Shown here piece by piece: positions 28,776-37,884 of a stretch of 64,000 nucleotides of DNA. The stretch spans positions 5,447 to 69,446 of the forward strand of contig NZ_JBALUS010000008.1 of NCBI RefSeq assembly GCF_036963785.1, read 5' to 3'. Every line of letters begins with the position of its first letter. Position 1 is the stretch's first letter. The notes under the pieces were generated by a model that was not told the DNA's origin, ran no database searches, and was given only the letters and a program-made list of their open reading frames with translations. A program made the position numbers and the translations under genes. Source of the stretch: Brevundimonas sp. Its GTDB lineage: Bacteria > Pseudomonadota > Alphaproteobacteria > Caulobacterales > Caulobacteraceae.

Positions 28776-29750
28776 TTACTCGGCCGGCGCGGCTTCCGGC
28801 TCGGTCGAGGCGGGCACGGTCGTCAGCGAGCAGGGCTTGCTGAAGATCTGCACGGCGTCGACGCAGGAGTAGACCTGTTGGGTGGCACCTTCGTGGAAGC
28901 GGACGATGACGCCCTCACCCGTCGAGCATTTCAGCTCATAGAAGGCGCCGCGCTCGGGGTTGTCGCCCATCCACGACACGTCCTCGATGTTGCAGGCCGC
29001 AATCTCGGTGTTGGCCACCAGCTTGGGCCATTCCAGGCGGCTTTCCTCAGCCGTGGTCAGCTTGCAGGTGTCGGATGCGATCAGGGCATAGCGCCAGCAG
29101 GGCATGGCGCTCCAGCTTCCCGCCTCGGACTTTTCAAGACGGTAGCCGTCGGCGCCGGCACAGCCGAGTTCATAAACCCGGGTGTTCCAGGCAACGGCTT
29201 CGTCGGTCTGGCACGAGACGCCGGCCTGTTGGCCATAGGCGGTGATCACCTCAACGCGGTTCTGGTTGCCCGGCAGGGTGCACTGAAGGCCAGCGTCGGC
29301 TTCGGGATTCTCCTGCCGGAGCTGCCAGGCAAGGCTGGACTGCAGGACGCAGTCGGCCGCCGTCGGCGCGTCCGCCGTGGCCACCAGAATGTAGCCCGGG
29401 CCCGTGGCGCAGGCGATTTCATACAGTTTGGTCTCGTCCTCGCGCTGACCCAGCAAAGAGGATTCGGTGACCTGACAGGTCGGCACCGCGACAGCCGCGA
29501 CGGCGCTGGCATCGGCCATGACCTCTTCGGGCGACGGGCCCGTGCGCTGGCGACCCCGGCGACTCCACCGCTCACGGTCCTGACGTTGGCCGGCGACGCG
29601 GCCCTCAGTATTGGCCTGATCCTCAACCTCGCCGGGCGAACCGCCGCTCCGGACGTCTCCGCGACTGTCCTGGGCCAGGGTCGGGGTTGCGGTCAGAAAG
29701 GCGAGGGCGAGGGCCGATCCCGCGAGGGTGGCGATTTTGGCGTGGGACAC
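28776..29750 (-). CDS. Secreted Cys-rich repeat protein
   Basis: Signal peptide; three C...YE..C..G.G repeats. Confidence 0.75.
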   Translation of the reverse strand: MSHAKIATLAGSALALAFLTATPTLAQDSRGDVRSGGSPGEVEDQANTEGRVAGQRQDRERWSRRGRQRTGPSPEEVMADASAVAAVAVPTCQVTESSLLGQREDETKLYEIACATGPGYILVATADAPTAADCVLQSSLAWQLRQENPEADAGLQCTLPGNQNRVEVITAYGQQAGVSCQTDEAVAWNTRVYELGCAGADGYRLEKSEAGSWSAMPCWRYALIASDTCKLTTAEESRLEWPKLVANTEIAACNIEDVSWMGDNPERGAFYELKCSTGEGVIVRFHEGATQQVYSCVDAVQIFSKPCSLTTVPASTEPEAAPAE

Positions 29751-29860
29751 GGAGGAGGCTCCTGAAACAACTTGAACTCGTTCAATCCTTGGCGTGGTGA
29801 TGTGACAGGGTCAAGGCAAGAACAGGGCACCTACGCCGTCGGTGGACGCAGTCGCGTGAA

Positions 29861-31000
29861 TTGGTCTATCGAAGGTTTCGATTGGAGACGCACTTGGCCG
29901 ATGGTGTGATACGCGACGAGGGGGAAGGGGATACGGCCCGGGGGCTGACCTATCCGTTTGCGCGTGTGCCAGAGGCCGGCGAGGGCATCGAGGTCGCCCC
30001 GGGCGTGGTGTGGCTGCAGCTGCCGCTGCCGATGGCCCTGAACCACATCAATCTCTATGCAATCGACGACGGAGATGGCTGGACGCTGGTCGATACCGGC
30101 CTGTTCACCCCCGCTTCGGTCGAGATCTGGGAAGGCCTGTTGACCGGGGCCCTGCAGGGCCGACCGATCCGGCGCGTGATCTGCACCCACATGCACCCCG
30201 ACCACATCGGCATGGCAGGATGGCTGTGCGCGCGGTGCGGGGCCCCCTTGCTGATGTCGCGGCTGGAATATGTGACGGGACGGATGCTGGTCGCGGACAC
30301 AGGCCGACCGGCGCCGGAATCGGGGCGGCGCTTTTATCAGGCTGCGGGCTGGACCGAGGCGCAACTGGCCGGCTGGGGCCGTGACTATGGCTCGTTCGGG
30401 CGAGTGGTCAGTCCCATGCCCGATGCCTACCACCGCCTGAGCGAGGGCGATGTGCTGTCGATCGGCGGGGATGACTGGCAGGTTGTGGTCGGCCAGGGCC
30501 ACAGCCCGGAACATGTCTGTCTGTGGCGCAAGTCGGACGGCGTGTTTGTCGGCGGGGACCAGATCCTGCCGAAGATTTCCTCGAATGTGTCGGTGTGGCC
30601 GACCGAACCCCTGTCGGATCCGCTGGGGGACTGGATGACCTCGTTGGAGGATCTTCAGACGCGCCTGCCCGATGACCTCCTGGTCCTGCCTTCGCATGGG
30701 GCGCCGTTCCGGGGCGTGCAGACGCGGCTGGCGGCCCTGTTGCGAGGGCACGGCCAGGCGCTGGCGCGGCTAGAGCGGCGGATGGAGACCCCGATGCGGG
30801 CCGTCGACACCTTTGCCAGCCTGTTCGCCCGCCCGGTCGGGGATGGGCTGCGCGGCATGGCGACCGGCGAGGCGGTGGCACATCTGAACTATCTGGAACG
30901 TCAGGGCCGGGCGACCCGTGAGCGCGATGCCGAGGGCGTCGACTGGTGGCGGGCCACGGGCGCGCTGGTTTCAAAAGCGAATGACGACAACGGAGAATGA
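29861..31000 (+). CDS. MBL-fold metallo-hydrolase (true start probably near 29906)
   Basis: LVDTG; THMHPDHIG; GHSPEH; PSHG. Confidence 0.88.
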   Translation: MVYRRFRLETHLADGVIRDEGEGDTARGLTYPFARVPEAGEGIEVAPGVVWLQLPLPMALNHINLYAIDDGDGWTLVDTGLFTPASVEIWEGLLTGALQGRPIRRVICTHMHPDHIGMAGWLCARCGAPLLMSRLEYVTGRMLVADTGRPAPESGRRFYQAAGWTEAQLAGWGRDYGSFGRVVSPMPDAYHRLSEGDVLSIGGDDWQVVVGQGHSPEHVCLWRKSDGVFVGGDQILPKISSNVSVWPTEPLSDPLGDWMTSLEDLQTRLPDDLLVLPSHGAPFRGVQTRLAALLRGHGQALARLERRMETPMRAVDTFASLFARPVGDGLRGMATGEAVAHLNYLERQGRATRERDAEGVDWWRATGALVSKANDDNGE

Positions 31001-31770
31001 CGGTCGTGTCCGAGAGCATCCAAACAGACGTGTCCGACGGTGTCCTGACGGTGACGCTGGCCCGTCCGGAAAAGAAGAACGCCATCACCCAGGCCATGTA
31101 TGAGGCGCTGGCCGGGGCGACCGAACGCTGCCGGACCGATGACGGCATCCGGGTGATGTTGATCCGGGCCGAGGGCGACAGCTTTTCGGCGGGCAATGAC
31201 ATCGCCGACTTTATCGCCTTGGGGTCGCAGGCATCGTCGCCGTCGGACATGGCGGTGTTCCGCTTCCTGAAGGCGCTGGCCGATCTGGACAAACCGCTGG
31301 TCGCGGCGGTCAAGGGCCGGGCGGTGGGGATCGGCACCACCTTGCTGCTGCACTGTGACATGGTGGTTGTGGCCGAGGATGCCCTGCTGTCGGTGCCGTT
31401 CATAAATCTGGCCCTGGCGCCCGAGGCGGCGTCCAGCCTGCTGCTGCCCCGCGTGATCGGCCATCAGAGGGCTTTCGAGATGTTTGCGCTCGGCCAGCCG
31501 GTCGATGGTCGCACGGCCCTGGCCTGGGGGCTGGCCAATCGCGCCGTGGCCGCTGACGCCGTGGACGAGACGGCGCTGGACCTGGCCCGCCAGCTGGCGG
31601 CGCGGGCGCCCAATTCGATCCGCAAGACCAAGGCGCTGATGCGCGACGCCGAAGACATGTGGTCGCTGATGCAGCGCGAGGGCGCGGCCTTTGGCAGCCA
31701 GATGAAGAGCCCGGAGGCCATGGAGGCCTTCATGGCCTTTACGCAAAAGCGCGCCCCGAACTTCGGCTGA
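30997..31770 (+). CDS. Enoyl-CoA hydratase/isomerase
   Basis: FSAGNDI; AVGIGTTLLLHCD; PEAASSLLLP. Confidence 0.92.
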   Translation: MTVVSESIQTDVSDGVLTVTLARPEKKNAITQAMYEALAGATERCRTDDGIRVMLIRAEGDSFSAGNDIADFIALGSQASSPSDMAVFRFLKALADLDKPLVAAVKGRAVGIGTTLLLHCDMVVVAEDALLSVPFINLALAPEAASSLLLPRVIGHQRAFEMFALGQPVDGRTALAWGLANRAVAADAVDETALDLARQLAARAPNSIRKTKALMRDAEDMWSLMQREGAAFGSQMKSPEAMEAFMAFTQKRAPNFG

Positions 31771-31821
31771 CACAAATCGACGATTGCGTCGCAGGCCCGT
31801 GCCCTGTAGCAGCGCGCGCCT

Positions 31822-32334
31822 ATGGCCGAGCCCCGCACCCTGACCCCGGATGACGCGCCCCTTTCCGGGGTTGCGGTCGTGCGCGTGGAGCAGGCCGGAG
31901 ACGGCGAGACCATCGACCGGATCGTGCTGGAGGCCTTTGGCCCCGGCCGCTTCGCCAAGACGGCCGAGCGTCTGCGCGAGGGCGCCAGCATCGCGGTGGG
32001 CTTTGTCGCCTGTCTGGACGGACGCGTCGTCGGCAGTGTGCGGCTGTGGCGGATCCGGGTGGGCGAGACGCCCTGCCTGTTCCTGGGGCCCATCGCGGTG
32101 GAGCGGTCAGAGCGGAGCGAGGGGTTGGGCGCAGCGCTGGTGCAGGCCTGCATTGATCACGCCCGGACGACCGGCGCGGCGGGCATATTGTTGGTCGGGG
32201 ATGCGCCCTATTTCGGGCGGTTCGGCTTTGCCCGGATTGAGGGTGCCTCCCTGCCCGGGCCGGTCGATCCGGCGCGGCTGCTGTGGCTGCCGATGTTGGC
32301 CGAGACAGTCGCCGGTCCGGTGATGATCGGCTGA
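31822..32334 (+). CDS. GNAT N-acetyltransferase
   Basis: AFGPGRFAKTAERLREG; LGPIAV...GLG..L; YFGRFGF. Confidence 0.88.
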   Translation: MAEPRTLTPDDAPLSGVAVVRVEQAGDGETIDRIVLEAFGPGRFAKTAERLREGASIAVGFVACLDGRVVGSVRLWRIRVGETPCLFLGPIAVERSERSEGLGAALVQACIDHARTTGAAGILLVGDAPYFGRFGFARIEGASLPGPVDPARLLWLPMLAETVAGPVMIG

Positions 32335-32375
32335 AGCGACTTTGCGACCGGCGTCGCAGGTCCTAAGTCTGGGGG

Positions 32376-32951
32376 ATGACAGACAAGGACCCGACACGCA
32401 CGACACCTAAGGGACTGGACGGACTGGCGCAGCTGGCTGCCGAACAGGGCGGGCGCGGCCTGCCGCCTGTGCATCTGTGGCATCCCGAGCATTGCGGCGA
32501 CATCGACATCATCATTCAGGCCGACGGCCTCTGGATGCATGAGGGCACGCCGATCGGCCGGCCCGAACTGACGCGGCTGTTCTCGACCGTGCTGAGGAAG
32601 GACCCCGACGGCTATCACCTGGTCACGCCGGTCGAAAAGCTGAAGATCACGGTTGAGGACCTGCCGTTCCGGGCGATCACCCTCAAGGACGTCGAGGGGC
32701 ATCTGGTGTTCGACACGGACCAGGGCGACACCGTCATTGCCGGGCCGGAGCATCCGATCGTGGTCGAGACCGATCCGGCGACGCAGGAGCCGGCGCCACG
32801 CCTGCATGTTCGGGCCGATCTGTGGGCGCGGATCAGCCGGTCGCTGTTCTATGAACTGGTCGAGCGGGCCAGCCCGGTCGAGGGCCGCCTCTCGGTGCGG
32901 TCCGGCGAGGCAGTGTTTGCGCTGGGACCGGTCGGGGCAGGGGTCGAATGA
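32376..32951 (+). CDS. DUF1285-family protein
   Basis: LPPVHLWHP..CGDIDI.I..DG.W.HEGTPIGRP.L..LFSTVLR. Confidence 0.88.
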   Translation: MTDKDPTRTTPKGLDGLAQLAAEQGGRGLPPVHLWHPEHCGDIDIIIQADGLWMHEGTPIGRPELTRLFSTVLRKDPDGYHLVTPVEKLKITVEDLPFRAITLKDVEGHLVFDTDQGDTVIAGPEHPIVVETDPATQEPAPRLHVRADLWARISRSLFYELVERASPVEGRLSVRSGEAVFALGPVGAGVE

Positions 32952-33589
32952 CCGAGGCGGCCCGGCTGAAAGCCCGCCTGGTGCGCGCGCTGGACCCCGC
33001 TGACGGGGCCGGTGCCGAGGTGGCTGCGCGGTCTGACTTTGACCTGAATCCGGGGGCCGAGCGCCCGGCGCGCGAGCTGCGTCCGGCCGCGGTGCTGATC
33101 CTGGTCATTGCCGAGGGCGAGGGGCCGCGCGTTCTGATGACCCGGCGGTCGGACAGTCTGGCCAGCCACACCGGCCAGATCGCCTTTCCGGGCGGACGAC
33201 TGGACCCCGGCGAGACGACGGTCGAAGCGGCGCTCCGCGAGGCGCGCGAGGAAGTCGCGCTTTCGGTAGAGGGTATCGAGGTTCTGGGGCTGGGCGACCG
33301 CTACGAAACCGGAACCGGATTCCTGGTCACGCCGGTGGTCGCCTGGACGACGTCCGCGCCCGTGACCCGGCCCAATCCCGACGAGGTGGCCGAGGTGTTC
33401 GAAGTGCCGTGGGCCTTCCTGATGGACGCCGCCAACCACCGGCAGGATCACTATGAGCTGGAGGGGCAGCCCCGCCGCTATTTCTGGGCCATGCCCTATG
33501 GCGAGCGCTATATCTGGGGCGTGACGGCGGGCATTCTGCGGGCCCTGCACGACCGGCTGGATGGCGGGAAAGACGAGGCGGCGGCATGA
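32948..33589 (+). CDS. CoA pyrophosphatase (Nudix)
   Basis: H.GQIAFPGG; Nudix box AALREAREE; IWGVTAGIL. Confidence 0.92.
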   Translation: MTEAARLKARLVRALDPADGAGAEVAARSDFDLNPGAERPARELRPAAVLILVIAEGEGPRVLMTRRSDSLASHTGQIAFPGGRLDPGETTVEAALREAREEVALSVEGIEVLGLGDRYETGTGFLVTPVVAWTTSAPVTRPNPDEVAEVFEVPWAFLMDAANHRQDHYELEGQPRRYFWAMPYGERYIWGVTAGILRALHDRLDGGKDEAAA

Positions 33590-34806
33590 GCACGCCCTCG
33601 CTCGCCGATGCGCCGTGGCTGACGGCGGCAGCCACCCGCAAGGTCATGGCCGCGCTGGAAGCCGAAGGCGGGCCGGACGTGGCGCGCTTTGTCGGCGGTT
33701 GCGTGCGCAACAGCCTGATGGGGCGGCCGGTGGATGATGTGGACATCGCCTCGCGCCTGCAGCCGCAGTCGGTAATGGCGGCGCTGAAAACTGCCGGCCT
33801 GAAGGCGGTGCCGACGGGGCTGGACCACGGCACGGTGACCGCAGTGGCCGACAGGCAGCCGTTCGAGATCACCACCCTGCGGCGCGATGTGACGACCGAC
33901 GGGCGACGGGCTACGGTCGCCTTCACCACTGACTGGGCCGAGGACGCCGGGCGCCGGGATTTTCACATCAACGCCCTCTACACCGACGGCGAAGGACGGG
34001 TGTTCGACCCGACCGGGCACGGGCTGGCGGACATTGCGGCCCGGCGCGTGGCGTTTGTCGGGGATGCCGGACGCCGCATACGCGAGGACCGGCTGCGCAT
34101 CCTGCGCTTCTTCCGGTTTCATGCTTGGTACGGGGCAGGTGCCCCCGACGCGGACGGGCTGGCGGCCTGTGTCGAGGAAGCGGGCGGCCTCGGCGAACTG
34201 TCGGCTGAGCGGGTGTCGAAGGAGTTGCTGAAGCTGCTGGCCGCGCCGGACCCGGTGCCGACGGTGGAGGTGATGGCGCGCACGGGCATCCTCGCGCATC
34301 TGTTGCCCGAGGCCGGGACGCTGGAGGCGTTCCGGGCCATGGCGGCGGTGACCGATGATCCTCTGCTGCGCCTGTCGTCCCTGCTGCCGGGGTCGGCGGA
34401 GGCGCTGGATACTGCGGCGAGGGGCCTGCGCCTGTCCAACCGCGAGATGGCGCGTCTGCAGGCCCTGACCGGGCCCGTTCTGGATCTGGATGCGCTGGAG
34501 GACCGGCAGGTGCGGGCGCTGGTCTATCGTGAGGGCAAGCAGGCGGTGAAGGACCGTCTGGTCCGGGCGCTGGCGCAGAAGCCCGGGCGTCGGGGCCGCC
34601 ACGATGCGCTGACCGACCTGGTCCAGACATGGGCAGTGCCGCGTCTGCCGGTAGGCGGACGCGAGGTCGCGGCGCTGGGGGTGTCGCCCGGCCCGGAAAC
34701 CGGGGCTCTGCTGAAGGCCTTCGAGGCGTCCTGGATTGCGGACGATTTTCCCGCCACCGGCCATGTCGAGCGGCTGAAGGCCTTGAGGGATCAGCGCGAG
34801 GACTGA
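33586..34806 (+). CDS. cca: CCA tRNA nucleotidyltransferase
   Basis: FVGGCVRN; DVD; TTLRRD; RRDFHINAL; EDRLRILRFFRF. Confidence 0.93.
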   Translation: MSTPSLADAPWLTAAATRKVMAALEAEGGPDVARFVGGCVRNSLMGRPVDDVDIASRLQPQSVMAALKTAGLKAVPTGLDHGTVTAVADRQPFEITTLRRDVTTDGRRATVAFTTDWAEDAGRRDFHINALYTDGEGRVFDPTGHGLADIAARRVAFVGDAGRRIREDRLRILRFFRFHAWYGAGAPDADGLAACVEEAGGLGELSAERVSKELLKLLAAPDPVPTVEVMARTGILAHLLPEAGTLEAFRAMAAVTDDPLLRLSSLLPGSAEALDTAARGLRLSNREMARLQALTGPVLDLDALEDRQVRALVYREGKQAVKDRLVRALAQKPGRRGRHDALTDLVQTWAVPRLPVGGREVAALGVSPGPETGALLKAFEASWIADDFPATGHVERLKALRDQRED

Positions 34807-35768
34807 GACCGGGACAGGGTGATGCGGGTGACGAGGGGATAGTGATCCGAGCCTGTCCGCTTGCCGATCCGGCGCGAGAGGAAGACCAGTTCGTCGGACC
34901 GCCACTGGTGGTCGATGCCAATCCCCAGCCACGAAGGTAGCTCGGTCGGCCAGGTGCCGGGCCAGGCGCCGGCGGGCGTCAGGCCGGTCTGCGCCTTGAT
35001 CTGTCGGCCGATGCGGGCGCTGGAGACGGTGTTGAAGTCCCCCGCGACGAGGATGGGGTCGGTCACCCTCGCAAGACGATCGGCCAGCAGCTGAGCCTGA
35101 ATGATCTGGCCCCACTGATACTGGAAGGGCCAGGGTCGGGTCATATGCACACCGGCCAGATGCAGCGGGCCCAGCGGGGTGTCGGCCCGGGCGTGCAGGG
35201 CGGACAGCTGATCACGGGGCATGTCGACGGGCGACAAGGGGTAGCGGGCGGCGATGATGACGCTGCCCCTGCTGCCCGGCGGCACCACCGTTTCGGATGC
35301 GCGCTGGTAGGGGTAGTCGGCGAGAATGTCCTGCCGCGCGGCGAAGGCAGCGGGGCTGACCTCGATCAGGATGACGATGTCGGCGTTGGCATCGCGGATG
35401 CTGGCCGATATGGCTTCCACATCGCCGTTGTCGGCATTCAGGTTGGCCGAATAGACAGTCAGAACGGGCGCCGAGCGATCGGGCGCACCGCGCGCGGGCT
35501 CCGCCTGGGGCAGGACCGCGATCACACAGACCATCAGCCCCACGAGGGCGACCCCCATCAGCGGGGGGCGCTTCAGGAATGCGACCAGCACGGTGGCAAC
35601 CAGAGCGCCGATCAGGGCCGGCGCGGTGAACTGGGCCATGATGTCGACCCAGCGATGGCCGATGCCGCTGAAGTGCGCCACGGCCGGGATCAACCATGGC
35701 CCGACGAGCATCAGGCAGACCAGAACCGGCCAGACCGAAAGAAATATGGCCTTGAGTCTTGCCAACAT
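34791..35768 (-). CDS. Membrane-anchored endonuclease/exonuclease/phosphatase-family protein
   Basis: N-terminal TM segments; AGDFN; GIDH; GSDHYP. Confidence 0.88.
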   Translation of the reverse strand: MLARLKAIFLSVWPVLVCLMLVGPWLIPAVAHFSGIGHRWVDIMAQFTAPALIGALVATVLVAFLKRPPLMGVALVGLMVCVIAVLPQAEPARGAPDRSAPVLTVYSANLNADNGDVEAISASIRDANADIVILIEVSPAAFAARQDILADYPYQRASETVVPPGSRGSVIIAARYPLSPVDMPRDQLSALHARADTPLGPLHLAGVHMTRPWPFQYQWGQIIQAQLLADRLARVTDPILVAGDFNTVSSARIGRQIKAQTGLTPAGAWPGTWPTELPSWLGIGIDHQWRSDELVFLSRRIGKRTGSDHYPLVTRITLSRSQSSR

Positions 35769-35818
35769 GATGAACGTCGGTCTCCGTGGGGCGTTGGGGG
35801 AGCGGGCAGGAGGGCACC

Positions 35819-36277
35819 ATGGTCAAATCGGTCGCTGACGTCGAGAACGTCTGGCTCAGTGTTGAGCGCATCAAGAAGATTTCCGACCGGGTGATCGGGA
35901 TCGGACCCTTCGGCCTCGGGCTGGACGCGATCCTGACGTGGATCCCGGGTATCGGCACAATCTATACGGTCGGCGCGGGCGGCTGGCTGATCATTCTGGG
36001 TCTGCGGGTCAAGGCGGGGCCGGGAACACTGGCGCGGATGCTGGGCTATCTGGTGGTCGATACGGTGACGGGAACGGTGCCGATCGCGGGCGATGCCATT
36101 GACGCCCTGTTCCCGGGACACCTTCTGGCGGCCAAGGCGCTGCAGAAACACATCGAATCGACGCACTGGATCGAGATGTCGGAACGCGAGGCACGGGATC
36201 AGGGCGTCCATGACACCCATCGCGAGGAAATGAAGCAGGACCGCAAGCTGAAGCGGGTCATCTATCTGGGCGACTGA
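35819..36277 (+). CDS. DUF4112-family membrane protein
   Basis: FGLGLDAILTWIPGIG; G.VP..GD..D. Confidence 0.82.
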   Translation: MVKSVADVENVWLSVERIKKISDRVIGIGPFGLGLDAILTWIPGIGTIYTVGAGGWLIILGLRVKAGPGTLARMLGYLVVDTVTGTVPIAGDAIDALFPGHLLAAKALQKHIESTHWIEMSEREARDQGVHDTHREEMKQDRKLKRVIYLGD

Positions 36278-36357
36278 GACGGCTTTGCCGTCTGCAGGGA
36301 TTGACGAAACAGGCGACCCTCCGCCTATTGGCGCCCTTGGGGTCGGCAGGAGACCGG

Positions 36358-36915
36358 ATGACCGCTGTATTCGATCGTGATGCCCTGTCCGAAGCGCTCG
36401 GTCAGACCGGCCGGGGGGATCGTGCGGCGTTTCGCCGTGTGTATGAAGCGACCTCGGCGAAGCTGATGGGCGTGTGCCTGCGTATCTTGTCTGACCGGCA
36501 ACTGGCCGAGGACGTGATGCAGGAGATTTATCTGACCGTGTGGAACAAGGCCGCCAGTTTTGACCCCGGCCGCGCCAGCCCCATCACCTGGCTGGTGACG
36601 ATCGCGCGGAACCGGTCGATCGACCGGCTGCGCTCGGGGGCCATTGCGCGCAACAGCGTGCCGGTGGACGCGGCCTATGATCTGGCCGACGGGGCACCGT
36701 CGGCGCTCGATCACATCGAGCTGGCAGATGATGCCGGTCGCCTGGGCGTGTGCCTGGACGAGCTGGACGAAAAGGTCAGCCGGGTGATCCGCACGGCCTT
36801 TTTCGAGGGCGTCACCTATGAGGTTCTGGCCCAGCGCGAAGAGACGCCGCTCGGCACGATGAAAAGCTGGATTCGCAGGGGGCTGCTGAAACTGAGGAGC
36901 TGTCTGGAACAATGA
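36358..36915 (+). CDS. ECF sigma factor, SigK-like
   Basis: AEDVMQE..LTVW..A..FDP.R.SP.TWL.TIARNR.ID; GTMKSWIRRGL. Confidence 0.93.
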   Translation: MTAVFDRDALSEALGQTGRGDRAAFRRVYEATSAKLMGVCLRILSDRQLAEDVMQEIYLTVWNKAASFDPGRASPITWLVTIARNRSIDRLRSGAIARNSVPVDAAYDLADGAPSALDHIELADDAGRLGVCLDELDEKVSRVIRTAFFEGVTYEVLAQREETPLGTMKSWIRRGLLKLRSCLEQ

Positions 36916-37628
36916 CCGTTTCGGACCACGATGACCGCATCGCGCGGGCCGGCGAATATGCCCTTCGGGTATTGAGCCCGGCGGAAGAAGCCCAGGCGCG
37001 CGCCGATGCTGCGCGGGACCCGGCCTTTGGCGCCGAGGTCGACCGCTGGAACGACCAGTTGAGCCGGATGGCGGACGGGATCGCCCCGGTGCAGCCGTCG
37101 GCCAGCCTGTGGCCGCGTATCGTGGCGGCGACCGGCGGCGCCGCCAACGACAATGCCGTGACCTTCTGGCGGCGCTGGGCCATCGGCTCGACGGGTCTGC
37201 TGGCCGCCAGCCTGGCCGCCGTCGCCGTCATGATCGCCACGCCTGCGCCTGCGCCCGATCCGGCCACCACGCCGGTCGCCGGAGACATCACGCGGGTGGC
37301 CACCCTGAAGCTGGACAATGGCGCCACGGCCCTGACCCTGGCCTATGACAGCGTCACGGGTGAGCTGTATCTGGCGCCGACGCGGGAGATGGAAGGCGAT
37401 ACGCGCATTCCGCACCTGTGGCTGGTCCTGCCGGACGAGGGCGGTGTCCAGCTGGTCGGGGCCATCGATGGTCACGACACCTCGCGGCACAATCTTGAGG
37501 GTGTCATCGTCGGTCAGGCCACGCAGGCCATTGCGGTGGCCGTGTCCATGGAAGAGCCGGGCCACACGCCCAACCCCGATCACCCCGACGGGCCCGTGGT
37601 CGCCCAGGGCGAGTTCCAGCCGCTCTAG
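36912..37628 (+). CDS. Anti-sigma factor, RskA-like
   Basis: AGEYALRVL; single TM segment; C-terminal LWLV...AVSMEEPG. Confidence 0.88.
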   Translation: MTVSDHDDRIARAGEYALRVLSPAEEAQARADAARDPAFGAEVDRWNDQLSRMADGIAPVQPSASLWPRIVAATGGAANDNAVTFWRRWAIGSTGLLAASLAAVAVMIATPAPAPDPATTPVAGDITRVATLKLDNGATALTLAYDSVTGELYLAPTREMEGDTRIPHLWLVLPDEGGVQLVGAIDGHDTSRHNLEGVIVGQATQAIAVAVSMEEPGHTPNPDHPDGPVVAQGEFQPL

Positions 37629-37630
37629 AC

Positions 37631-37657
37631 TGCATCCGTTTCTGTCGGGTGGCCGTA
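37631..37657 (+). promoter_or_regulatory. Putative SigK-type ECF promoter
   Basis: TGCATCC-N16-CGTA, starting 3 bp after the anti-sigma stop. Confidence 0.5.
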
Positions 37658-37663
37658 GATACA

Positions 37664-37750
37664 GGTGACGACAGACGGGCAGGGCCTCCTTTGTTTGACT
37701 GTCGTCCAGCGGGGAGGCTCCCGTCCCTTCCATTGCCTCCCCGCTGTCCC
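37664..37750 (+). ncRNA. Candidate two-hairpin sRNA or structured leader
   Basis: Perfect 8-bp (37667-74/37699-706) and 12-bp (37707-18/37735-46) stems with CCUCCUU and CCCUUCC in the loops. Confidence 0.4.
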
Positions 37751-37884
37751 GGGACGGTCGAATGTGCGCGCTGCGCTCTGAATCCCTATCAAAAACAAGG
37801 CGCGAACCGGTTGGCGTAGCGATCTTCCCGACCGGGTCGCCAGGTTGATCACACTGTTTCCGAAGCATTTTCGGGAGAGTGGTG

